Virus record (IMG/VR): IMGVR_UViG_2049941000_000863
Strand: one strand, 5' to 3'
Source of the DNA: an uncultured virus (IMG/VR IMGVR_UViG_2049941000_000863)
Lineage: Duplodnaviria; Heunggongvirae; Uroviricota; Caudoviricetes
DNA: 32,569 bases
The position numbers and the translations under genes are program-made. Below the pieces are notes generated by a model, which saw nothing but the letters and a program-made list of their open reading frames with translations, ran no database searches and had not been told where the DNA came from. Below are positions 1-10,700 of this stretch, piece after piece; within the stretch, counting starts at the first letter, position 1; every line of letters starts with the position of its first letter.

Positions 1-390
1 AGGGACTATACCCAGCGTTCAGATGTACAGGCGGCAATCACCCGTCAGCGTGAACTCCTGAAAGAGCAGTACGACCGCGCCCGCGCGACCAATGTGGTTG
101 CAGGAGGCACGGATGGGGCACTTGTCGCCCAGCAACAGGCCGCGAACAAGTCCCTGTCGGACACCATGACCGACATCGCGTCCCAGGCTTCCAGTTACAA
201 GGACAGGATTGAGCAGCAGTACCGCGCCCAGGATGCGGCTCTCAATCAGCAACAGGCCGCATCTTACCAGCAACAAGCCGCGCAGACCGCACAGGCCGCA
301 AGTCAGGCCGTCAATGCAGGAATCAATCTCGTCGGGCAGGATGTCGGCCTTACAAAGAAAAAGAACGAAATAGAGAAAACTGACGCTTGA
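1..390 (+). CDS. 5'-truncated Q/A-rich helical protein, putative small ejection/internal virion protein
   Basis: Frame 1 is open from base 1 (RDYTQRSDVQAAITRQRELLKEQYDRARATNVVAGGTD...) to TGA at 388-390. Q/A-rich coiled-coil composition; first of three tandem genes ending in the giant protein. Function is inferred from context. Confidence 0.65.
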   Translation, partial: RDYTQRSDVQAAITRQRELLKEQYDRARATNVVAGGTDGALVAQQQAANKSLSDTMTDIASQASSYKDRIEQQYRAQDAALNQQQAASYQQQAAQTAQAASQAVNAGINLVGQDVGLTKKKNEIEKTDA

Positions 391-395
391 CAGCC

Positions 396-844
396 ATGCC
401 GGACAAGAAGAAAACAAGAGCGCAACAGGCGCAGGAGGCATACGAGCAGCAGGCACAACAACTGGAGCAGACCGGGCAGGAAGTTGTGACCGGCCTCACT
501 ACTGCAGGCCAGCAGTACCAGCAGAGCCTCGACGCGGCCAACCAAGCCAGGACTGAAGCCTACAACCAGGCCCAGCAGATATACAAGCAGCGGATGGACG
601 AGGGTTACACCCAGTTCGCCGACATCATCGCAGGGGAGAAGGCCAGAGCCGACCAAGCCCAGCAGGAAGCAATCGAGCAATACAACAACGAGCAGAATGC
701 CGCCCGTTGGACTGGTGCGACCGAACTGGCCGCATCCATAGCGAACATGATTGCCGTGGGCGGTCATAATGCGGTCAGCCAGCAGTATCACTCCTATTCG
801 CAGGACTGGATGAAAAAGGCCGACGAGAACTGGAAGCAGAACCG
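396..844 (+). CDS. N-terminal part of Q/A/E-rich coiled-coil protein, putative ejection protein (continues into N gap)
   Basis: ATG at 396, 5 nt after the previous stop (MPDKKKTRAQQAQEAYEQQ...), with a hydrophobic/Gly patch (LAASIANMIAVGG). The ORF track's fusion with 1800-2820 across 953 Ns is not supported. Confidence 0.65.
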
Positions 845-1797
845 NNNNNNNNNNNNNNNNNNNNNNNNNNNNNNNNNNNNNNNNNNNNNNNNNNNNNNNN
901 NNNNNNNNNNNNNNNNNNNNNNNNNNNNNNNNNNNNNNNNNNNNNNNNNNNNNNNNNNNNNNNNNNNNNNNNNNNNNNNNNNNNNNNNNNNNNNNNNNNN
1001 NNNNNNNNNNNNNNNNNNNNNNNNNNNNNNNNNNNNNNNNNNNNNNNNNNNNNNNNNNNNNNNNNNNNNNNNNNNNNNNNNNNNNNNNNNNNNNNNNNNN
1101 NNNNNNNNNNNNNNNNNNNNNNNNNNNNNNNNNNNNNNNNNNNNNNNNNNNNNNNNNNNNNNNNNNNNNNNNNNNNNNNNNNNNNNNNNNNNNNNNNNNN
1201 NNNNNNNNNNNNNNNNNNNNNNNNNNNNNNNNNNNNNNNNNNNNNNNNNNNNNNNNNNNNNNNNNNNNNNNNNNNNNNNNNNNNNNNNNNNNNNNNNNNN
1301 NNNNNNNNNNNNNNNNNNNNNNNNNNNNNNNNNNNNNNNNNNNNNNNNNNNNNNNNNNNNNNNNNNNNNNNNNNNNNNNNNNNNNNNNNNNNNNNNNNNN
1401 NNNNNNNNNNNNNNNNNNNNNNNNNNNNNNNNNNNNNNNNNNNNNNNNNNNNNNNNNNNNNNNNNNNNNNNNNNNNNNNNNNNNNNNNNNNNNNNNNNNN
1501 NNNNNNNNNNNNNNNNNNNNNNNNNNNNNNNNNNNNNNNNNNNNNNNNNNNNNNNNNNNNNNNNNNNNNNNNNNNNNNNNNNNNNNNNNNNNNNNNNNNN
1601 NNNNNNNNNNNNNNNNNNNNNNNNNNNNNNNNNNNNNNNNNNNNNNNNNNNNNNNNNNNNNNNNNNNNNNNNNNNNNNNNNNNNNNNNNNNNNNNNNNNN
1701 NNNNNNNNNNNNNNNNNNNNNNNNNNNNNNNNNNNNNNNNNNNNNNNNNNNNNNNNNNNNNNNNNNNNNNNNNNNNNNNNNNNNNNNNNNNNNNNNN

Positions 1798-4700
1798 TTC
1801 TTTCCCAGGGCGATTATGATGCGAAGAAAGACAAACTGCACGAAGCCTATCCAGAGGCGAATGTCGTGGAGATGCAGGACTACAAGGCTGGTGAGGAAAT
1901 CGGGGATTCCGACTTCTTCATCAACATCCCTGGCACGACTGAACCGACACAGATAAGTGCAAAGGACTTTGCCGCGAAGCAGGACAAGATTTATGCGGCA
2001 TATCCCGATGTGCAGGTGTCTCGTATCCGTCAAGTGGACTATTATGGAGACAAACTGGGCGAAATCTATGACAGGGAGTCCGAACTGAAAGCAGAGTTGG
2101 AAGGACTTCCTGCCGAAACCAACGCAGCGGATCTCCGCAACATGGCCGACGAAGACCTTGTTGTCGAGGCTGGCCGCGTTACGAAGGAGAAGGCCGGCCT
2201 TGCCCGTCGTGCGGAAATCAACAAGGAACTCGACCAACTCTATCGCATGAGGGAGGAAAACCCTGCATGGAAGCGGTACTGGGCGAGCGTGAACAACGGC
2301 ATTGACGAGGACTACGCACGCATCGACAAGATGCAGTCAGACCTGCGAAAGGATAACAAGGAGGCGGCACGGAATTATGAGACGGCCAACCGTCTTGCCA
2401 TTACTGGCCCACAAGGAATGGGACTTGCGGCGGTCAAAATGTTGGAATCCGATCCCGAATACAACAGTTCGATGGAAAGCCTTTCCGCTGCCCGTCTTAT
2501 GCTGAATGACGCGAAGAAAGCGGCCACTGCACCGTCCAGGTATGGCGGTGACGACAAAGGCGCGTGGAGCGACTTTTGGCGTGGTATCAAGGACGGAGCG
2601 CCAGAAGCCTTGTCTGAGGCTCAACTCGTTCGTGCCGGCCTTAACATGCACCTTGTAGATGCAATCAAGAAGATTCAGAACGCGGAAGGGAAAGATGTAA
2701 GCATCCTCGACCTGGTAAAGGACGACAAGTTCAACGACATCGGTTATCTCAACGCTGGCGAAAAGGAACTCGTCAAGGCTTTCGTGAAGAAGGCCGAGGT
2801 GGAGGGCGGTCGTGGAGATANNNNNNNNNNTATCAGTCCGGCCAGAGTGCCGTGCAGTCGCTCGGATTCATGCTGGACTTCATGATGGTCGGAGGTGCAG
2901 GCGAGAAGGCGGCTGAAGCGGTCGCCGGAAACCTTGTCAAGTCTGCTGGTCGGAACGAAATTGCCAAGATAGGAGCGGAAACCCTGTATGGTACGGTAAA
3001 GGCCCTTGCCATGACTCCGCTGATGCCGTCCACCTATAACAACCTCATGAACAACATACTCCAGTTCAACGATGCGGGCGGTGTGGATTTGTCTGGCAAA
3101 GCCGTGGCTCGCGCAATCGGAGATGTTGTCATCGAGAACATATCCGAGACCGTCGGCAGCGTCCCAATGGAACTGGCAGGTATTCCTCTTTCCCGTGTCA
3201 AGTTCCCAGACTGGGCGAAGGCCATGCGGAACTCCGCGGTCGCATCTGCTTTGAGACAGGCCGGCTATCACGGCTTTATCGAGGAAATGGTTGAGGAATG
3301 GACGGGCAACGCCCTTCGCGTCATGACAGGCGTGGATAAGANNNNNNNNNNTACCAGACCGCTACGGCTCCCATGAATGTCAAGATGCAGACCGCGAAGG
3401 AGGCCGGTGCCGCCAGGACGCAGGGGGTCGTTACGGGAATCAATGTGGACCTTCACGAACGCCAACTCGAAGAACAGGCCGCGGCTCGGCGCGAAAGTGC
3501 CGCGGCAAGACGGGAGAACGCGGCAATCACCGCGGCACGATACGGACTGCGGAAGAACGACAAGGGAGAGTACGAAATCGATCCGAACTCTCCTGTCACG
3601 CAGGCGGCTCTCCGTGCTGGCTCTGGTGGGGGAAGTGGTGCAAGCCGGAATACCCTGTTCTATTACGATGCGAACGGACAACTAACGCCGGTCTATATGA
3701 CGGCCACGGAATATGACAAGTTCGTGGAACAGTCCTACGCATCGGTCAAGGACAACGAGGACTTCCAGAAGGCGTACCGGAGGGCAGCGACCGACATCGA
3801 GCGAAAGAGCATCATCTACGACTTTGCTACGCAGGTCCCGGAGCGTCGTTCCGTTTTGAGCCAGTACGGAACACGGCCCGAAAACTATGTGGAAAGACCA
3901 GAAACCGCGTCACCCGATACGAACACGCCCGGTTACGCGACCGGCAATAAGAAATCTACGCAGGACTTAATCAACAGCCTATTCAGTANNNNNNNNNNAT
4001 TGACGCTCGCGCAATATACCGCCGCATCCCGTTCTCTCAAAAAAGCCGGGACTTCCTTGGAGAAAGCGCTTGAAGTTATCAGCATGGACAAGTTGAGCAC
4101 TGAGGCAAAGAAAGCCCTTCTCAATACGGATTCGTTCAAGACTCCGGAGGAACTGGCACACCACCTTGCCGATGTCTATCAGCAGATCGTCGAGAACGGT
4201 GGCGATGCTGCCACGGCATACAAAGCCGTCATGGACTATGTTCAGGCCGATTCCCAGTACAAGGTCATGACAGGCATCTTCGAGGAGCAGAAGGACATCG
4301 ACCGCGGTCGCCGGCTGACGGAACTGAACACCCAGATGGGGAACGCGAACTGGCATCATGCAGCGAAGAACGGCGTGAGTTATGTACGCATCATCACGGA
4401 CGCTGACGGCAACGAGCGTTTTGTCACAGCGCGGGACGAAAACGGGTTGGCCCTTGTGGACAGGCAGGGGAACAAGACCTTTCTTTCCACGGAGGAACTT
4501 GCGGTCGGTATAGCAGACGGCTCTCTTACCGACAATGGCGAACAGGAGTTGTTCGATTACCTGGACAAGCAGACGGACATCAAGAAGAAGGCAGACGACC
4601 AGCAGCGCGTGGAGTTGGAGCAATTGCAGAACGAGACGGAACTGATGCGCCGCGCCCAACCGCAGACAGTAGTGAACATCGGCACGGTTGAAAACCCCGT

Positions 4701-7700
4701 CGAGGGAACGATTCTGCAATACGATGGCGGTCTATTCATCGTACAGGGTTCTGACGGTTCCGTGCACCANNNNNNNNNNTCCGTTTGAGACATCGACTGG
4801 CCTTCGTTATCAGGTGGACTACAATGAGAACGGGCATACGGTTCTTGACTTCTTCACGGAAGACCAGTTGAACTCCATTATCGGCATGTCCGAGCAGACA
4901 CCTGCCGTTGATGTTGCCGAGCAGACCGAGCCGGTTCCCGCCGACGATACTCCCCGTGACTTCCGCGGGAATCCGCTCCCGATGCGCACCAACAAAAAGA
5001 CCGGCCAGCAGACCGTGGACCAGAACGCCCTGTGGAACAAAGACCCGGAGGCGTGGGCGCGTTGGAACGACTCGAACCCCAGCCAGCGCGTGACGAGCAA
5101 GGAACGGATTGAATACACCCTTACCGAACTCAACAAGGAAATCGAGAAGGATACAAAGGCCGTCCAGAAAGCCGCGCTGAAAGGCATCGACGAAGACGAG
5201 ATGGACAACATGGAAGCCGCCCTGGGTGCGAAACTCGACAGGCGTGAACTCCTGCAATCCATTCTGAACAAATATAACCTGCCTGCCGAGGCCGGTCAGA
5301 CCGTGGCGGGCGAGCAGCGAAAGGCCGCTGCAGAACAGGTCAAGCAAGAGCAGAAGGCTGGTTTCCCTGGCATCCAGCAAAGATGGAACGAGACACCGAA
5401 GATTGTCNNNNNNNNNNGGTGCACCAGACGAGATCCGTCTGCCGAACGGGGAGACTGTCACCGGTAACTATGTGCTTACCGAGGCGTTTGCCCCTACTCC
5501 ATCCCATAACCCGGCCAACGGATTTTCCATGACGGAGGGATTCCCTGTGGACGAGAACGGAAAGACCGTGAATGACCGCGACTACGAGCGCGACAGGGCA
5601 GCGCAGCAGTCCGTCCTGGATAAAGCGGCCAAATACGACCAGCGTGCCCTGCAAACGCCTGTAATTGTTTCCGCTGACGGCGTTGTCCTATCCGGTAACG
5701 ACCGCACTATGGCAAGCCAGATTGCGGCAGCGCAGAATACCGACGGCGCGTATTTGGAATATCTCGCCAAGTATTCGCAGAAGTACGGCTTTANNNNNNN
5801 NNNNNNNNNNNNNNNNNNNNNNNNNNNNNNNNNNNNNNNNNNNNNNNNNNNNNNNNNNNNNNNNNNNNNNNNNNNNNNNNNNNNNNNNNNNNNNNNNNNN
5901 NNNNNNNNNNNNNNNNNNNNNNNNNNNNNNNNNNNNNNNNNNNNNNNNNNNNNNNNNNNNNNNNNNNNNNNNNNNNNNNNNNNNNNNNNNNNNNNNNNNN
6001 NNNNNNNNNNNATCCCAGTCCAAGACTGAAAAGGCCGTCAAAGCGGGGAAGACGCTCAATGCTGAATCACTGGCCTCCCTCGCAACGCTTGTGGACAGGT
6101 ACGACGACATCAACGCCCTGTACAACAGCAAGGAAGGAGTGAACGAACTACTGGACATCCTTCTTTCTGCAGAAGTCATCTCGCAGGAGCAGGTTGCGGC
6201 ACTCCGTGACGGCGATACCCTGTCCGGTGCGGGAATGGACTTGCTCGAAAGCACGCTTATCGGTGCGGCCCTGGACGAGGAAGCCGTGCGCGTTGCCATG
6301 TCCGACAAGAGCATCCGCAAGTCCGTTGTGTCCGCTATCTCGCAGATCCTTGTCGGCAACACCTTGAACGACTACATCCTCCGCACGGAACTGACCGACG
6401 CCATCACCCTTGTCGCCAACGGCAAGGCCCTTGGCGAAATCAAGTTCGGTGAAAGCGTGCAGGACTACATCCGCCAGCAGCACCTGTTCATGGACGATGT
6501 GGTCGCCGAGGCATCCGTCCAACTCCTTGCAGATGCAATCAACGACCGCAAGACTTCATTCCTGAAAAAAGTGCTATCTTTGTACAACAGGGATGCGGTG
6601 GAGTCGGCAAACGGCCAGATGAGCCTGCTCACGGGCGATGTCCTGACGAGGGAGGCCATTCTTCGCAACATCTTAGAATTCCTTGGATATGACACCAGAA
6701 TCATCTACGACACTTCCGAACGGGCAGCGGAACAACGAGAGCCCGCAGAACCGGCAGGCCCAGCAGACCGGCCAGTCGCCGCAGCAGAAACAGAACAAAC
6801 TCCTGCTCCTGTTCAAGGCGGTGAGGGAAGCCAGGTAAATCGCGCCCAGTACGATCGCGAGGAAGTCGCGGTCATCCTCGAACAGGGTAATGTCGGTGAG
6901 TACAACCTTACCGACTACATGACTGACGAGGAAGTTGCCGAGTTCGTCCGTCGCTGGGAGTCTTTCCTGCCGTTCAACGATGCGGTTGGCGAGGCATACA
7001 CCCGTCTCGATGCTGACCTTCATTCATCGGACAAGAAGAAAAAGAAAGCAGCGCAGGCCGAAATAGACCGGCTGGAAATGGCGCAGCAGGAAGCACATGC
7101 CCCGGTACAGGAGTATGTGGACGAACTCATTGAAAAGTATGGACAACTCGCAGAAGAAGAAATCGATGAAGTTGCCGAGGAGGAACTTGTCGATGAGGAA
7201 TACCAGGAGGATGCCGATGTAGAGGAAATCCCCGAAGATGAGGACGATGAACCGGAACCCACCAAGGGGAAAAAGGGGAAGAACGGAAAAGGAAAGGGGA
7301 CGAAAAAGGAGGAAAAGCCGTATGTCGTTAAGGGTAATGCTTCCGTGCTGACGGTAGCCAAGCAGACATACACCCAGGATGAACTCGAAGAATTTATCTA
7401 CAACGGCAGTTTCACCGAATACCAGAGCAAAAAGACAGGAGAAAAGATTCAGACCCTCTCGATAGGCGCACTTAGTCATGGGTCATTCAAGAATGATAGC
7501 GTCACAATCTGGAAATGGATGCCCGGTGCCGAACACACTGACCGGCGTGAGGCGACCGTTACGACTGACTATCTTCTCAAATACTTCAAGGCGAACAAGT
7601 TCAAGTGCCTCAGCAAAGACAAGTCGCGAAAGAACAAGCACGGATACTGGATCAACAGACATGGCGTCTGCATGAATCCTATCCGTATCGAACTCCCTTC

Positions 7701-10700
7701 AAGTAAGAAGGGATGGGCCAATTTTTCGTATGCGTACTTCTGGCAGGACGATAAGGACAAGTGGCATGCTGGCGGTTCCACATCATACGGGACTGGTGGC
7801 GGTTCGCTCGGAATGGATAGAACCGAACACAATACTAAGTCGGAGGCTATCAAGTCCGTCATTGAGGCACTGAAATATGAGCAGCAGCGACATACGGAAA
7901 AGAACAGGCAGACCAAAGACCGCGACAACCTGTTATCTACGCTCCAGTCCAAAACCCTTCCACAGGCTTTACTGGAAGAAGGAGTGGTGAACACCGTAAT
8001 GCGCGTAGATTTGTCCGATGCCGGCATTGAGGGAACACAGGGAGACCTGTTCGGCGGCGAGGNNNNNNNNNNAGGAAAGTCCGAAGAAGGGAAGTAAGGT
8101 CAAGAAAAAGACCACCAAGCGCAAGGCCCAGGCTGGCGTGGACCTGTTCGGTGGAGAAGTAGTCGAGGCACCAGAAGAATCCGACGAGGAAAGCGAGCCG
8201 CGCTTCACGCTTGAAGATGAAGAAGGCACGCCCGGCAACTTCCATTGGATTGCTGAAAGGGTCTGCACGAATCCGCAGATCATCACCATGCCCGGTGCGG
8301 ACAGGACAAGTTCCGTCCCGAAAGTGGCACTTGCTGAAAAAGAAGGAAAATGGTATGAATCCACCTACATCACGGCTGACGGAGGTGTCGGTTCGTCCTG
8401 GGGGAGCGTGTTACCGACCTTCAAGGCAAGGNNNNNNNNNNGTAAGGATGCGATAAATCACGCCATCGAGTTCATGCGGTTCATCCTCAATGACCGCGCA
8501 AAGAAGGCAGCGCCATACGGCGAGACCTTCACCGAGACGAAGGACCTCATTGACTACATCGTCAAGGTGGAACTGCCGAAAGAGGACGCGAAAAAGGAGG
8601 AAAGCGCCGAGGATGCGCTCGGATTTGTCAAAAACGCCCTCGACAACTTTGCCCAAAACGGGAACTATGCAAGGGTAGTGCACACCTTGGAATCATACCA
8701 GGACTTCTTCGGGGAAGATGTGGCGCAGGAAATTGACACCATTCTTTCCGACCTTCGGAAGAACGGCATCAGCAAGGAATCCAAGGATGAAATGGTACGC
8801 CGGACTGCCGAACTCTATAACCGGCTTGTCAATCCGCAAGCGGAGACCGAATCCGTTGAGGAACAAACCGAACCCGCTCCTGCATACGGCTCGCAGAACA
8901 CCATCATCACGACCGACAAGTATGAGGAACTGAAAAAGCGGATGAGAGAGAAACTGGGCCAACTCAATGCAGGGTTTGACCCGGAAGTGTTCTTCATCGG
9001 CGCGCAGATGGCCGCTTACCATGTTGAGGCCGGTGCCCGTAAGTTCGTGGACTTCGCCCAGCGCATGATTAAAGACCTGGGCGACGCTATCCGTCCCTAT
9101 CTGAAAGCCATCTACAACGGCGCTCGCGACCTTCCTGGCATGGAGCCGTTCAAGGGCGACATGGATTCCGCGTCAGCCGTGGACGGTATTGATGTGAACT
9201 CTATCGGAATTGAACAACCCGTTACGCAACCCAAGGAGGCATCACAACCGGAGCCTGTCGCTCCAGTCCAGCAAGTCGATGTGAACTCCCTGTTTGGTGC
9301 TGTCAATGACCTTGCACGCGGCAAGCGGAACGAGGTAAGAACTTCCGACTTCGCGACCCCTGTGAGTGTGGAAGAAACTACCGAAAACAGTAGGAAAACT
9401 CCCGAAGTTTCAGTAACTTTGCAAGAGAGCGAAGTGGGTGTCGATGCGTCCGATTATCGGACTTACATGACCGCCCAGGCGCGTGAGTTCTTTGCCAACG
9501 AAAACCCGGAATTTGCAAAGCCTGAACTGGCCTTCATTACGGAAGCGTCGGAGGACAATGTGGTTATTCCTGTCACGGAACTGGAGAAACTGCAGGAGGT
9601 CATTGATGCGGAGAAAGCCATCAAGGATGTTGGTGTCCGTGCGAAGGAGGAAACGGGAAGTGAATCACTCGTCCTGACTGACGAAGAAGTACAGGCGTAT
9701 TCAGACCGCCTTCTTGCCGACGACAACGGCAGTTATGCAGGGAAAAACGATTACTCCGGTCCTGTCGCAAGGGAAAAGAAAGCGTTCATCGTCATTGGCC
9801 GTCCGGCAGGAGGAAAGAGCAGCGTATTCGCAGATCCGTTGTCCAAGCAGCACAAGGCACGCATCATTGACAGCGACATCGTGAAGCCCTGGCTCCGAAA
9901 CTACAATGGCGGTGTCGGTGCCAACTATGTGAACGCTGCATCCGCAAAGGTCGCTGACGAGGCGATTATCAAGGCGGCGGAGCGTGGCGAGAACATCGTC
10001 ATCCCCAAGATTGGAGGCGCAAGTATTATCAATGAGATTGCCCTGCCTTTACGGGTCGCCGGTTACTCGGTCGAACTGTGCTTTAACGATGTGACCGAGG
10101 AAGCATCCATCATGCGGGCCGCGTCCAGATTTGCGCGGACTGGCCGGTATTTGAGCCTGCAGTACCTGAAAAGCATCGGCGATAAACCGAATAGCACATT
10201 CCGAAAGTTTGCTGACAAGAGCATAAAAGAATCAGTCTATGAACTATCTGAAAGACAAGTACAAGAGTTACGAAGAAGGATTAGCCGCCTATCTGGAATG
10301 GGAGGAGAGCATGCTGGAGCCCTACGAGAAACCGGCAACGGAGCAGGACAAGGCAATGTGGACGAAATCCTTCAAGCGGCTCTGGGAGAAAGAGGAACTG
10401 CATCCCAGGACGAACGGCTCTTTGCATCAGCCGTCTGGAAAAGNNNNNNNNNNNNNNNNNNNNNNNNNNNNNNNNNNNNNNNNNNNNNNNNNNNNNNNNN
10501 NNNNNNNNNNNNNATTTGGGAATCCGCGAGCGGGGAGCCAATCCCCGGAACTGAACAGGAAAACAAAGAATCCGACAAAGAATCGTTGGTTAAAGGGATG
10601 AAGGATAGACTTCATGCCTTTACGGAACCCGTTCAGTCTGTGGAAGCCTCTGGCCAGACCCTGGGCGAACTGGGCAAGTACACCCATACAAAGACCGGAC

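Noticed and set aside
2651..2668. 18-bp repeat CCTTGTAGATGCAATCAA also at 17811-17828
   Set aside because: Both copies encode LVDAI in frame with no flanking similarity or element structure; treated as chance or codon-driven.
387..2885. 832-aa ORF in the track spanning the 953-N gap
   Set aside because: Joined only through Ns; the two sides look like different genes.
2302..5093. Other +1-frame ORFs in the track (2302, 3072, 3377, 4908 etc.) as nested genes
   Set aside because: R/P/T/S-rich shadow composition, mostly non-ATG starts, and the main frame keeps normal codon usage, unlike the four candidates reported.
5269..5276. Minus-strand TATATTTG promoter-like match
   Set aside because: Explained by ordinary N-K-Y-N codons, with an imperfect -33 and no evident target.
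7150..7320. Acidic tract followed by Lys/Gly tract as a DNA-mimic protein
   Set aside because: Low-complexity interdomain linker; no evidence of a folded mimic.
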